From: a virus
Lineage: Duplodnaviria > Caudoviricetes
Direction: 5' to 3' (one strand)
Length of the DNA: 64,000 nt
IMG/VR virus record: IMGVR_UViG_3300026085_000093
Coordinates: 32,001 to 96,000 of that record
This document shows positions 17,202 through 25,962 of the stretch, one piece after another (positions within the stretch are counted from its first letter, which is position 1; each line of letters opens with the position of its first letter). The notes beneath the pieces are model-generated. The model was not told where the DNA came from. It did no database searches and saw only the letters and a list, made by a program, of their open reading frames with translations. Made by a program: the position numbers and the translations under genes.

Positions 17202-18075
17202 AGCATTTTATAGTGTACAAGGTGAGGGTAAATACGTAGGAGTACCTAGCGTATTTTTACGTACATTTGGTTGCAACTTTCGTTGTATGAATTTTGGATT
17301 ACCTAAGGACAAAGATCGTTGGGAGCAACACGCAGAAGGCAATCGGTACAATCCAGAAGTAAAGGCACTACTTGACGCAGGCGTACACGAAACTACAGAA
17401 AAATTTGAAGATTTACCTATTATTCACACAGGCTGTGATACATATGCTAGTATCTATCCAGAGTTTAAACACTTTAACAAACTTGCAGAAGTAGACGAAG
17501 TTGTAGATCATTTGATTAGTTTATTGCCAGAAGGCAAATGGACACAAGACAATGGACAAGATATTCATTTGATTATGACAGGTGGTGAACCATTACTTGC
17601 ATGGCAACGACTTTACGTAGAGTTGTTTGAACATCCGAAAATGAAAGATTTAAAAAATGTCACGTTTGAAACAAACACTACACAATTTTTACATGATGAT
17701 TTGTTCGATTACATCAACAATAATGACAGAATTGAATGGACATTTAGTTGTTCTCCTAAACTTTCCGTCAGCGGAGAAACTTGGGAGTCAGCTATCAAAC
17801 CTGATGTCCTGCGGGATTACGCTCGTTGTGACAGCAGTTCTGTTTATCTTAAATTTGTTGTTGCTGATATGGATGATGTTGATGAAGTTAGTAGAGCAGT
17901 TAGTGAATATCGTGCAGCGGGTGTGGAATGCCCTGTCTATCTTATGCCGCTTGGCGGTCGCTCGGAAGGGTACAACATCACGGTACAAGAGGTGGCGAAG
18001 CTCTGTATGGAACGAGGCTGGAGGTTCACTCCGAGACTCCACATTAGCCTATTCGGAAATGCCTGGGGAACATAA
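17182..18075 (+). CDS. queE: 7-carboxy-7-deazaguanine synthase (radical SAM) with an expanded cluster loop
   Basis: FYSVQGEG..G.PSVFLRTFGCNFRC...GCDT, TGGEP, ETN, SPK, PRLH. Confidence 0.92.
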   Translation: MKLRYSEAFYSVQGEGKYVGVPSVFLRTFGCNFRCMNFGLPKDKDRWEQHAEGNRYNPEVKALLDAGVHETTEKFEDLPIIHTGCDTYASIYPEFKHFNKLAEVDEVVDHLISLLPEGKWTQDNGQDIHLIMTGGEPLLAWQRLYVELFEHPKMKDLKNVTFETNTTQFLHDDLFDYINNNDRIEWTFSCSPKLSVSGETWESAIKPDVLRDYARCDSSSVYLKFVVADMDDVDEVSRAVSEYRAAGVECPVYLMPLGGRSEGYNITVQEVAKLCMERGWRFTPRLHISLFGNAWGT

Positions 18076-18144
18076 GGAAACTAGTAAGTATGCTAGTGGG
18101 ATATACACTGAAGAACAATATAACAAACTAAGGAAACACTTATA

Positions 18145-18534
18145 ATGGGATGGTGGAATAAACTTGTTAGAGACAAAAAAGCCGAAGAAGAAAAGGCAAA
18201 GTTTGAGGAAGAAAAACTTGAGTTTCTAAAAAAGAAAGATCCAAAAGAATATGCAACAAAAAGAAAACAGCCATGGGTAAGTGTTTTAGATGTACAAGTA
18301 AACGAAGAAAATATTCGCAACGGATTCTTTGAACTAGATTGGAATGAATATTTTATTCAACAACTTTTAGAAGCAGGTTATGGAACAGATGCTGATCCTG
18401 AAGAAGAAATTGTTGATAGATGGTTTAAAGATATTGTTTACAATATGCTTGTAGATGAAGGTTTAGACACAGATAGAGGTGCAGGTTATATTAATGTTGT
18501 ACCTATAGATAAAAGAAGAAGTGAAGTATCATAA
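18145..18534 (+). CDS. Hypothetical protein (129 aa)
   Basis: Clean ORF; PWVSVLDV...GFFELDWN. Confidence 0.8.
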   Translation: MGWWNKLVRDKKAEEEKAKFEEEKLEFLKKKDPKEYATKRKQPWVSVLDVQVNEENIRNGFFELDWNEYFIQQLLEAGYGTDADPEEEIVDRWFKDIVYNMLVDEGLDTDRGAGYINVVPIDKRRSEVS

Positions 18535-18540
18535 TAGTGC

Positions 18541-19776
18541 ATGACGAATGAAATAGAAGATTTATACAAAAATTTTTGTGTCCATCCTTTTGTTAAAATG
18601 TTTGTGACAACAACAGGGCATATGAAAGCCTGTTGTTATGCAAAACAATTAGATTCAGACGATATTAATATTCTAGGCAAGGATGTCGATGAAGTATGGA
18701 ACAGCAAGACTTTACAAAAATTAAGACACAAATTCAATCAAAGAATCATCCCTAAAAATATCTGTAAAAGTTGTATTGAAAGTGAAGAACAGGGAATCAT
18801 TTCAAACCGACAGTATGAAAATCATAAATGGAAATCATTAGCCGATTATTATTATAAAAATGCCCATACAGTTGTTCCTAGTCCTCTGAGTTTTGATTTG
18901 AGAATGAGCAACGAATGTAACTTGCAGTGCGTGATGTGCCTCCCTACATTGAGCAATCAAATTGCAAAGAACATGCTAGAATATAATAAATTCGGCAAAA
19001 GCAATCCTTATACCAATAGTAAAGACCTAGAAGTTCTTTCTACATCATCTAATAATTTCAACCAGCGATTTGTTGACCATATACTTGAAAATGCAAAAAG
19101 AACTCAAGAGATTGTGGCAGTCGGCGGCGAGCCGTTTGTGATGAAGGGATTTACATCTTTGATAGAAGAATTAGTGAATAGAAAAGAAAGCGGTCATATA
19201 AAGGTACACATAATTTCAAATGGCACAATTATCAAAGAATCATGGATAGAAAAATACCTTACAAAGTTTAAGCATGTAAACTTATCAATAAGTTTGGATG
19301 CTACTGGAAAAGTTTTAGAATATGTTCGATACCCTAGTTCTTGGTCTGCATTGGAAAGCAAGATTTTAAGATCTAAAAAAATATGCGACCAATATGAGAA
19401 TTTTCAAATTACCTTAGAGCCTACAATACAATTGCTAAATCTAAAAGATTTGCCAAATTTGCTTGACTTTATTAAACAAAATAAGTTTCCTTTTAATACA
19501 ACATTTTTAGATTGGCCAGAGCCATTACATTTTGCCAACTCACCCATTGATTACAGAATTGAAATTGTAAAAAAAATTGAAACTTTCTTACCAGAGTTAA
19601 AAACTTTAGACCTAATAGACGACTACAACTGGTTAGATTGGATTAAAACGGAGCCACAAAAAACTTTATCAGATAAACAACGTGATTATTTTAGATACAT
19701 GTTGGATTATTTTGACAGTACAAGAGCAACAAAATTCTTAGATCTTTATCCTGAATTTGGTTTTTTAAAAGATTGA
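18541..19776 (+). CDS. Radical SAM protein with N-terminal SPASM/twitch-like domain
   Basis: FCVHPF...KACC...CKSC, then CNLQCVMC, VGGEP, SNG, SLD. Confidence 0.9.
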   Translation: MTNEIEDLYKNFCVHPFVKMFVTTTGHMKACCYAKQLDSDDINILGKDVDEVWNSKTLQKLRHKFNQRIIPKNICKSCIESEEQGIISNRQYENHKWKSLADYYYKNAHTVVPSPLSFDLRMSNECNLQCVMCLPTLSNQIAKNMLEYNKFGKSNPYTNSKDLEVLSTSSNNFNQRFVDHILENAKRTQEIVAVGGEPFVMKGFTSLIEELVNRKESGHIKVHIISNGTIIKESWIEKYLTKFKHVNLSISLDATGKVLEYVRYPSSWSALESKILRSKKICDQYENFQITLEPTIQLLNLKDLPNLLDFIKQNKFPFNTTFLDWPEPLHFANSPIDYRIEIVKKIETFLPELKTLDLIDDYNWLDWIKTEPQKTLSDKQRDYFRYMLDYFDSTRATKFLDLYPEFGFLKD

Positions 19777-19801
19777 CATTTGAGTGTTAATGTGTTATAT
19801 T
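19773..19801 (+). promoter_or_regulatory. Sigma70-type promoter
   Basis: TTGACA(19773)-17 nt-TGn-TATATT(19796); GGAG before ATG 19835. Confidence 0.8.
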
Positions 19802-19834
19802 GTATAAAGTTAGATTATACGGAGTAGCACATAA

Positions 19835-20398
19835 ATGACAAGTAATACACAATCAGTTGCAGAAGAACTGTCTAAGGAAGTCAATTGGAATGGATTTTTC
19901 CAAATGGTCAAAGACCTAGGACCGCAATTGAATGAACGTCAATTGAGATTTTTAAAAGCACGTTTGATTGAAAAAGGTATTGCAAACCTAAGTAAAAATA
20001 TTAAATGGGTTGACACAATTGGACAAGATCATCAATTACGTGACATACGTATTGAAACAAAATTTGCTACAAACTCAATTACCACTGGCAAAGGTGCTTG
20101 GAAGAAAAATAATAAAACAAGCGATATTAAACTAACAAATACACTAGGCAGCAGTGATGGAAGAAACTTGCCAGAAACATTTGACTTCCTTATGATTGTA
20201 GATACCGACTGTGTTGGTTTAGTTGCACACAAAGATATCAATGCTGTAAGTGCAGGAGACGGACTTAAAGCAAGCATTCCATATGAAAACTTGTCTATCG
20301 TTGTAAAAAACAATGCAATACTTAGAGAATCAAAAAATATCAATATTCTCGAAAAATTAGATTCAATGTTAGATAATATTATTTCAGAATATAACTAA
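19835..20398 (+). CDS. Hypothetical protein, possible PD-(D/E)xK (restriction-like) nuclease
   Basis: GQD-x7-ETK candidate catalytic motif; function is a weak call, the ORF itself is solid. Confidence 0.4.
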   Translation: MTSNTQSVAEELSKEVNWNGFFQMVKDLGPQLNERQLRFLKARLIEKGIANLSKNIKWVDTIGQDHQLRDIRIETKFATNSITTGKGAWKKNNKTSDIKLTNTLGSSDGRNLPETFDFLMIVDTDCVGLVAHKDINAVSAGDGLKASIPYENLSIVVKNNAILRESKNINILEKLDSMLDNIISEYN

Positions 20399-20412
20399 TG
20401 TACTTCAACTAT

Positions 20413-20420
20413 GATAAATA
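20413..20420 (+). promoter_or_regulatory. T4-late-like promoter motif GATAAATA
   Basis: Intergenic, upstream of the RBS AAGGAG and ATG 20493. Confidence 0.55.
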
Positions 20421-20492
20421 GTTATGTAGACAGTAAACGCTTATGCAACTTCTGTTTACCCCAAACGCATAGAGCAATGAAGGAGATATACT

Positions 20493-21515
20493 ATGGCGAA
20501 ACCAAAAATCGCGGGCACCTCATCGGTGACAGGATTTAACAATCACGGAACAATTAACTTAAACGAATACGGATATGAACATATCCGCGAGCAAAAGAAC
20601 GCTGAGTTTCAGCATTTTGAATTTATAGATTTAGATACAATTGACGAAAATAATCCAGATCTTTGGAATATGTCAATTAGACAAGAACAGAATACAGAAG
20701 AGCGCATCGAAAGTATTCAGGCTAGTTTTTTCTATCATGGATTTTCAACAAAATATGCACCGCCTTGTTTAGGTACAGATGGTAAATTTAGAGATGGTAG
20801 AGGTCGTGTTATTGCTGCAAAACGCAATGAAGAAAGATGGCTTCCAGTAGCAGTATTTGATTACGAAGACGATAGTGAACGTAACTATGTAACTAATGGA
20901 CTTATTGCAAACGAGCATCCGCCAGCAGTTCCTACACTAAGAAAAGACTTTGAAACAGCGGGCATCGAGCTTTGTAGAATAGGACAACTAAAACCAATTG
21001 CAGAAGAAATCGAATGGTGGCTGTATAACGATGTAGATATTGAAAAGTTTTTTAATAACAAAAGTGGTAACATTACAAAAATTATAAACAATATTATTTC
21101 TGGTTACGAAGCAGGTCAAGATTTAGGACTTGTAAGAACACAAAGCAGATCAGGTTGGGTGCAATGGTGTAAACAAAATGGTTACGAAATAAATGACAAA
21201 AATCGTATTCTAGTAAGTGTAGATAATGATACATACCCTTTAAGAACATTTGTACACATCCTCGAAGCATGTAACAAAAAGTTTGATCCGGTTGAGATTA
21301 TTCTTTTTACAAATTCTTATAATCCAAAGAAAGCAAAAGATGGTGTAAGAAACTTCGAAAAAACACTTGAAAAATTATACACTTTGTCGTATAATATGGC
21401 ATATGCAGTTATTAGAGATAGCGAACGCCCTTGGAAAATATTAGGTGCAGTTCCGCAGATCAAAGATAAACATGCACTAGAAGGCAACAAGTTAGTAGAC
21501 ACAAAGGACTATTAA
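20493..21515 (+). CDS. ParB/Srx-like N-terminal domain protein
   Basis: IESIQASF..HG....PP.....RDGRGRVIAA....W.PV pattern of ParB-N domains. Confidence 0.65.
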   Translation: MAKPKIAGTSSVTGFNNHGTINLNEYGYEHIREQKNAEFQHFEFIDLDTIDENNPDLWNMSIRQEQNTEERIESIQASFFYHGFSTKYAPPCLGTDGKFRDGRGRVIAAKRNEERWLPVAVFDYEDDSERNYVTNGLIANEHPPAVPTLRKDFETAGIELCRIGQLKPIAEEIEWWLYNDVDIEKFFNNKSGNITKIINNIISGYEAGQDLGLVRTQSRSGWVQWCKQNGYEINDKNRILVSVDNDTYPLRTFVHILEACNKKFDPVEIILFTNSYNPKKAKDGVRNFEKTLEKLYTLSYNMAYAVIRDSERPWKILGAVPQIKDKHALEGNKLVDTKDY

Positions 21516-22387
21516 TGACTTATAAAGTTTACAACCAGGACTGTATTTCTGGTATGCGTGAACATGTAGCAGACGGGTCAGTGGATTTGATATTCACTGA
21601 TCCTCCTTATGGTATCGAAGGCGATAAACTTGATGTTGTTTATCACAGAGATGAAAGCAATGTAGTTCCAGGTTATGTAGAAGTTCCGTTAGAAACATAC
21701 GATACATTCAGCAAAGATTGGATTTCAGAGTGTGCAAGATGTTTGCGACCAGGTGGTAGCATTTACATTGTAAGCGGATATACTAATCTACACCATGTGT
21801 TAAATGCATTACATGCAACAGACTTACAAGAAATTAATCATATAATTGCAAAGTATTCATTCGGTGTAAGCACTAAAAAGAAATGGGTAAGCAGTCACTA
21901 TCATGTGCTGTTTTGGCAAAAGCCAGACAAAGGTAAACAAAAACGTACATTCAATACAAATGTATATTACTCAGATCAAAAAGACAGTTATCATGATAGA
22001 TTAACTGTGCAAGATCTGCCACGTGATTACAAGCCAGGACAAATAAAAAACAAAAATCAACTTAGCGAAGATTTTATTGAAAAATTTGTTTTATACAGCA
22101 GTAATAGAGAAGAAACTGTAATGGACCCATTTTGTGGCGGATTTACAACTGCACGTACTGCACTACGTTATGGTAGAAACTTTATTGGCTTCGAATTAAA
22201 CAAAAATGCATATGATGCTTTTTTGCCAACACTAGGTCAAGTGAATCCAAAAGATGATCCTATCCCAATCAATCCTAGTCCAGAAGAACTTGCAAAACGT
22301 AACAAAATGCGTGAAGGCTGGGCAAATAAAAGAGCACAACGTAAAGCAGAACTAGACAATAATTTATTTGAGACTGACGATGGCTAG
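21515..22387 (+). CDS. DNA amino-methyltransferase (m6A/m4C, beta-class order)
   Basis: TDPPY motif IV N-terminal; MDPFCG motif I C-terminal; GFELN. Confidence 0.92.
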   Translation: MTYKVYNQDCISGMREHVADGSVDLIFTDPPYGIEGDKLDVVYHRDESNVVPGYVEVPLETYDTFSKDWISECARCLRPGGSIYIVSGYTNLHHVLNALHATDLQEINHIIAKYSFGVSTKKKWVSSHYHVLFWQKPDKGKQKRTFNTNVYYSDQKDSYHDRLTVQDLPRDYKPGQIKNKNQLSEDFIEKFVLYSSNREETVMDPFCGGFTTARTALRYGRNFIGFELNKNAYDAFLPTLGQVNPKDDPIPINPSPEELAKRNKMREGWANKRAQRKAELDNNLFETDDG

Positions 22388-22583
22388 ACTAGTTGCAAAG
22401 AATATGGTTATAACAAAAGACAAGGATTCAATGGTATTTGCTGTAAGACGTAAACACAATCGTGTAACTATCGATTGTTATAAAGATTATGAATTTTCCA
22501 AAACAATTGAAACAGATCTTGACAAAGGAACAGAATTGTATTATAATGCTATTAACAATGAAGGATATCAAGAGGCTTTTTAA
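22380..22583 (+). CDS. Hypothetical protein
   Basis: ATG 22380 in the track ORF; coupled. Confidence 0.65.
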   Translation: MARLVAKNMVITKDKDSMVFAVRRKHNRVTIDCYKDYEFSKTIETDLDKGTELYYNAINNEGYQEAF

Positions 22584-23566
22584 TGGCAACCTATGTACTA
22601 GTAGACACACTTAACACATTCTTTCGTGCTCGTCATGTTGTGCGCGGCGACATCGATACTAAAGTTGGTATGGCACTACATATTACCCTTAACAGTGTAA
22701 AGAAAGCATGGAATGACTTTGATGCAGATCATGTTGTGTTTTGTTTAGAAGGACGCAGTTGGCGTAAGGACTATTATGAGCCTTACAAACGTAATCGCAA
22801 AGAACACCGCGATGCTATGAGTTCACGTGAAGCAGAAGAAGATAAGATCTTTTTTGAAGTGTTTGACGAGTTTAAACAGTTTGTAGATACAAAAACAAAC
22901 TGCACTGTGTTACAAAATTCTGTACTAGAAGCAGACGACTTGATTGCAGGCTGGATACAGAATCATCCAAATGACAATCATGTTATTGTTTCTACTGACG
23001 GCGACTTTGCACAGTTGATTGCTCCGAATGTACGTCAGTACAATGGGGTAAGTAATACTACTATTACATATGAAGGATATTTTGATGACAAAGGTAAGCC
23101 CGTGGTGGACAAGAAAACCGGCGAAGCAAAACCTGCTCCAGAACCTCAATACATGCTGTTCGAGAAATGTATGCGTGGAGATACTAGTGACAATGTGTTT
23201 AGTGCCTATCCGGGTGTTAGAAAGAAGGGCACGAAAAACAAAGTTGGACTAGTTGAAGCATTTGCTGATAAACAGACTAAAGGCTACAACTGGAATAACA
23301 TGATGCTACAGCGTTGGGTAGATCATGAAGGTGTTGAGCATCGTGTGCTTGACGATTACACACGTAATGTTACATTGTGTGATTTGACTGCACAGCCAGA
23401 TGATATTAGAGAACAGATTGATACAACTATACAAACTGTAGAATCGAAAAACATTTCACAAGTAGGTATGCGTCTTATGAAATTTTGTGCAAAATGGGAT
23501 ATGCAACGTGTAGCAGATCAAGCAGCAACATTTGCAGAACCTTTACAAGCGAGGTATATTAAATGA
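22583..23566 (+). CDS. 5'-3' exonuclease / T4 RNase H-like (FEN/PIN fold)
   Basis: LVDTLN, EADDLI, STDGDF.QL, GD.SDNV. Confidence 0.9.
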   Translation: MATYVLVDTLNTFFRARHVVRGDIDTKVGMALHITLNSVKKAWNDFDADHVVFCLEGRSWRKDYYEPYKRNRKEHRDAMSSREAEEDKIFFEVFDEFKQFVDTKTNCTVLQNSVLEADDLIAGWIQNHPNDNHVIVSTDGDFAQLIAPNVRQYNGVSNTTITYEGYFDDKGKPVVDKKTGEAKPAPEPQYMLFEKCMRGDTSDNVFSAYPGVRKKGTKNKVGLVEAFADKQTKGYNWNNMMLQRWVDHEGVEHRVLDDYTRNVTLCDLTAQPDDIREQIDTTIQTVESKNISQVGMRLMKFCAKWDMQRVADQAATFAEPLQARYIK

Positions 23567-24036
23567 CAATGAATGTAAAACCAGTATTACAAGATAAATT
23601 TTGGATTGTTGAAGATGAAGGCATCCGTGTCGGCACACTTACTAAAGACGAAGATAAATTCATATATACAAAAAAAGGTGTAGTAACATTTCATAGTGAA
23701 ACACAAATTAAAAAACAATTTGGCAAAAGTTTCTTAACAGCAAAAATTACGACTCCTGACGTAGATGAAGACACAAGAGAAATACACGGCTTTCCTACAA
23801 AGAATCAACCTTACAATAGTATGTTTGATATAAGCAGAAACTTACCACTATTTACAAAAAGTGAAAAGTCTAAGAGTGTATATTGTGCAGGATATTATTT
23901 GATTAAATTTAACAAAAATTGGTTAAAGAGTTTTTGTCCAAAATTAATTACTATTGAACGCAACAAATATAAAGGGCCGTATAAAACTGAATTAGAAATG
24001 AAATTAATGTTAAGCAATGTCAACAGAACCTCTTAA
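23563..24036 (+). CDS. Hypothetical protein (157 aa)
   Basis: ATGA overlap. Confidence 0.8.
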   Translation: MTMNVKPVLQDKFWIVEDEGIRVGTLTKDEDKFIYTKKGVVTFHSETQIKKQFGKSFLTAKITTPDVDEDTREIHGFPTKNQPYNSMFDISRNLPLFTKSEKSKSVYCAGYYLIKFNKNWLKSFCPKLITIERNKYKGPYKTELEMKLMLSNVNRTS

Positions 24037-24259
24037 TACACAACCTATACAGCAATTTATAAAACAAGTACAGGCTGCTGAAAACAGTAGAGCCAAGGAC
24101 TTACGTTTAGACATTGCAACCGCAAAAAACTTGGCTTTTACAATGGGCATTGTAATGAGTAGATTACAAGGCGATTTAGAAAAATTTGTTAAAGAAAACA
24201 GCGGCGGACTAGGAGATCAAGTCATAAAAATTGACTTAGATACTGGAGATTCTTGGTAA
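24017..24259 (+). CDS. Hypothetical protein (80 aa)
   Basis: Coupled ORF. Confidence 0.75.
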   Translation: MSTEPLNTQPIQQFIKQVQAAENSRAKDLRLDIATAKNLAFTMGIVMSRLQGDLEKFVKENSGGLGDQVIKIDLDTGDSW

Positions 24260-24264
24260 AAATA

Positions 24265-24302
24265 GATAAATATATACGTAGTTTTTAAAAGGATACGTAT
24301 AT
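24265..24302 (+). promoter_or_regulatory. Late-like promoter GATAAATA plus a 9-bp inverted repeat covering the start region
   Basis: GATAAATA 24265-24272; ATATACGTA (24272-24280) / TACGTATAT (24294-24302). Confidence 0.55.
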
Positions 24303-24588
24303 GTCAAGACCAAAGCCTACAGTACTGTTAGATTATACAAATAGTGCAACATATAAATGTGAACAAATTTTAGATGCTGATGCTATCTGGGCAGTATTCT
24401 ACGACGGTAAACCTTTTAATTTAAAAAGCAGTAATTCAATTACAAACTATCCAGGTCCTAAGTATAAGAAAACTTCTTTTTCTAATCCAGGACATGCACA
24501 CAATCTTGCAAAAAGATTAAATCAGCAATTCAAAACAGACAAATTTGTAGTAATAAAGTTAACACAAGGTGAAGTTGTATCTGAATGA
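24301..24588 (+). CDS. Hypothetical protein (95 aa)
   Basis: AAGGA RBS; MSRPKPTVLL...YKKTSFSNPGHA. Confidence 0.8.
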   Translation: MSRPKPTVLLDYTNSATYKCEQILDADAIWAVFYDGKPFNLKSSNSITNYPGPKYKKTSFSNPGHAHNLAKRLNQQFKTDKFVVIKLTQGEVVSE

Positions 24589-25495
24589 TAATGTAGATAT
24601 TTTATCTACAACACCAAAAGGTGGATATACCTTAGAAAAAGGCCCTTATGCATGGATTGATGATCTAGAAAACTATAAAGGAAAAAAGCCGTTAGTTATT
24701 AATCAAATGACAGAAGGTTTTCCTTTATTAGATAAAGATTACGAAAGAATCCACAAAAGTTTTCCAAGAAAAAGAATTTTTTATATCACTAGTAATTTAC
24801 TAGAGCCTAAAAGGTATAAAAGATGGTGGAAGAATCAAAACAAATTCTCTACTAAGATACAAATAGTTGCACAGCCTGTATGGGCAGAAATTGTCAAAAC
24901 AGACTTTACACCTATAGATATAAAAGAATATAATGATACTAGAGAATGTTTTTATAATTGTTTAAACAGACAACCTAGAGAATACAGACTATACTTAGTG
25001 CAAAATCTGCAAAAAAAGAATTTAATAAAAAATAACTTTGTAAGTTTTCCTTATCATTCTTTATTACCTGATAGTCCTCTTATTGTAGATAGAAATGATT
25101 TTTGTACAAACTGGGCAACAAACATGAATAAAGACATCTATTTAAATAGTTGGTTTTCGATAGTGAACGAAACGTTTTATGAAGAAGACGCTGAATATAC
25201 TATGTTCCATTCAGAAAAGATATTTAAAACTATACTTGCAGGACATCCTTTTATTTTATTTGGTCAACACAAAAGTTTAAGAAGTTTAAAAAGAATGGGT
25301 TTTAAAACTTTTGGTAAATTATGGCCTGAAGACTATGATAGTATAGTTGATCCAAAAGAACGTCTACAAAAAATTATAGATACAATAGAATACATGTGTA
25401 AGTTAGACTGGAAAGAAATTTGGCCTAGCGTACAAAAAATTGTAGAATATAATCAATCATTCTTATTGAAGAATACATTTTCAGATTACGATTAA
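24569..25495 (+). CDS. Putative glycosyltransferase-like protein
   Basis: GTG start; CLNR..R, FSIVNET, SEKIFK.I..GHPFI: resembles a GT-B C-terminal domain (GT10/GT47-like); fold-level call only. Confidence 0.45.
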   Translation: MKLYLNDNVDILSTTPKGGYTLEKGPYAWIDDLENYKGKKPLVINQMTEGFPLLDKDYERIHKSFPRKRIFYITSNLLEPKRYKRWWKNQNKFSTKIQIVAQPVWAEIVKTDFTPIDIKEYNDTRECFYNCLNRQPREYRLYLVQNLQKKNLIKNNFVSFPYHSLLPDSPLIVDRNDFCTNWATNMNKDIYLNSWFSIVNETFYEEDAEYTMFHSEKIFKTILAGHPFILFGQHKSLRSLKRMGFKTFGKLWPEDYDSIVDPKERLQKIIDTIEYMCKLDWKEIWPSVQKIVEYNQSFLLKNTFSDYD

Positions 25496-25502
25496 ATACC
25501 AT

Positions 25503-25898
25503 ATGAAATGGAAAGAAGCATATACAAAGATATTTTTAAAACAACTAGGGGAAGTAGACTCTTCTAGTAATGTAAAAATACATTTGCCTATATGGTGGAA
25601 AAATACTAGAGAAAAAGACGAAGGCGGACTACGTCTAACCGACGAAGGATGGAATGCCATACAAAGTATTGAACTAGCAAACTATGAGATACCTTTTCCA
25701 TTAGACATGCCTCTTACAACACAAATTATAATTTGGTTGGACCATTTTATAGATTGCCCGTATTATCTTACATCAAGAGCAGTGTACGTAACAAATGAAA
25801 AAAAGGCAGTCGAACTTACTCTTTTTTCAGGCGATATTAGAAAATATGGTTTAGCAAAAGCTTTAAAAAGATCAGAAAAAATAGAAAATAATGGTTGA
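25503..25898 (+). CDS. Hypothetical protein (131 aa)
   Basis: ATG 4 nt after ATTAAATA (25491-25498). Confidence 0.8.
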   Translation: MKWKEAYTKIFLKQLGEVDSSSNVKIHLPIWWKNTREKDEGGLRLTDEGWNAIQSIELANYEIPFPLDMPLTTQIIIWLDHFIDCPYYLTSRAVYVTNEKKAVELTLFSGDIRKYGLAKALKRSEKIENNG

Positions 25899-25943
25899 CA
25901 CTTTCTTGTTTGGTGCTATATTAGTTGTATAGGCACTGATAAA
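25895..25943 (+). promoter_or_regulatory. Sigma70-type promoter plus leader box TAGGCACTGATAAA
   Basis: atggTTGACA-16 nt-TATATT; box at 25930-25943 is repeated at 27138-27151. Confidence 0.75.
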
Positions 25944-25962
25944 AATTGAAAGGAATACACAG

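Noticed and set aside
17657-18145. 162-aa plus-strand ORF overlapping queE
   Set aside because: Alternative-frame shadow of queE with no motifs; only the last 28 codons (ATG 18059) might be a real micro-ORF.
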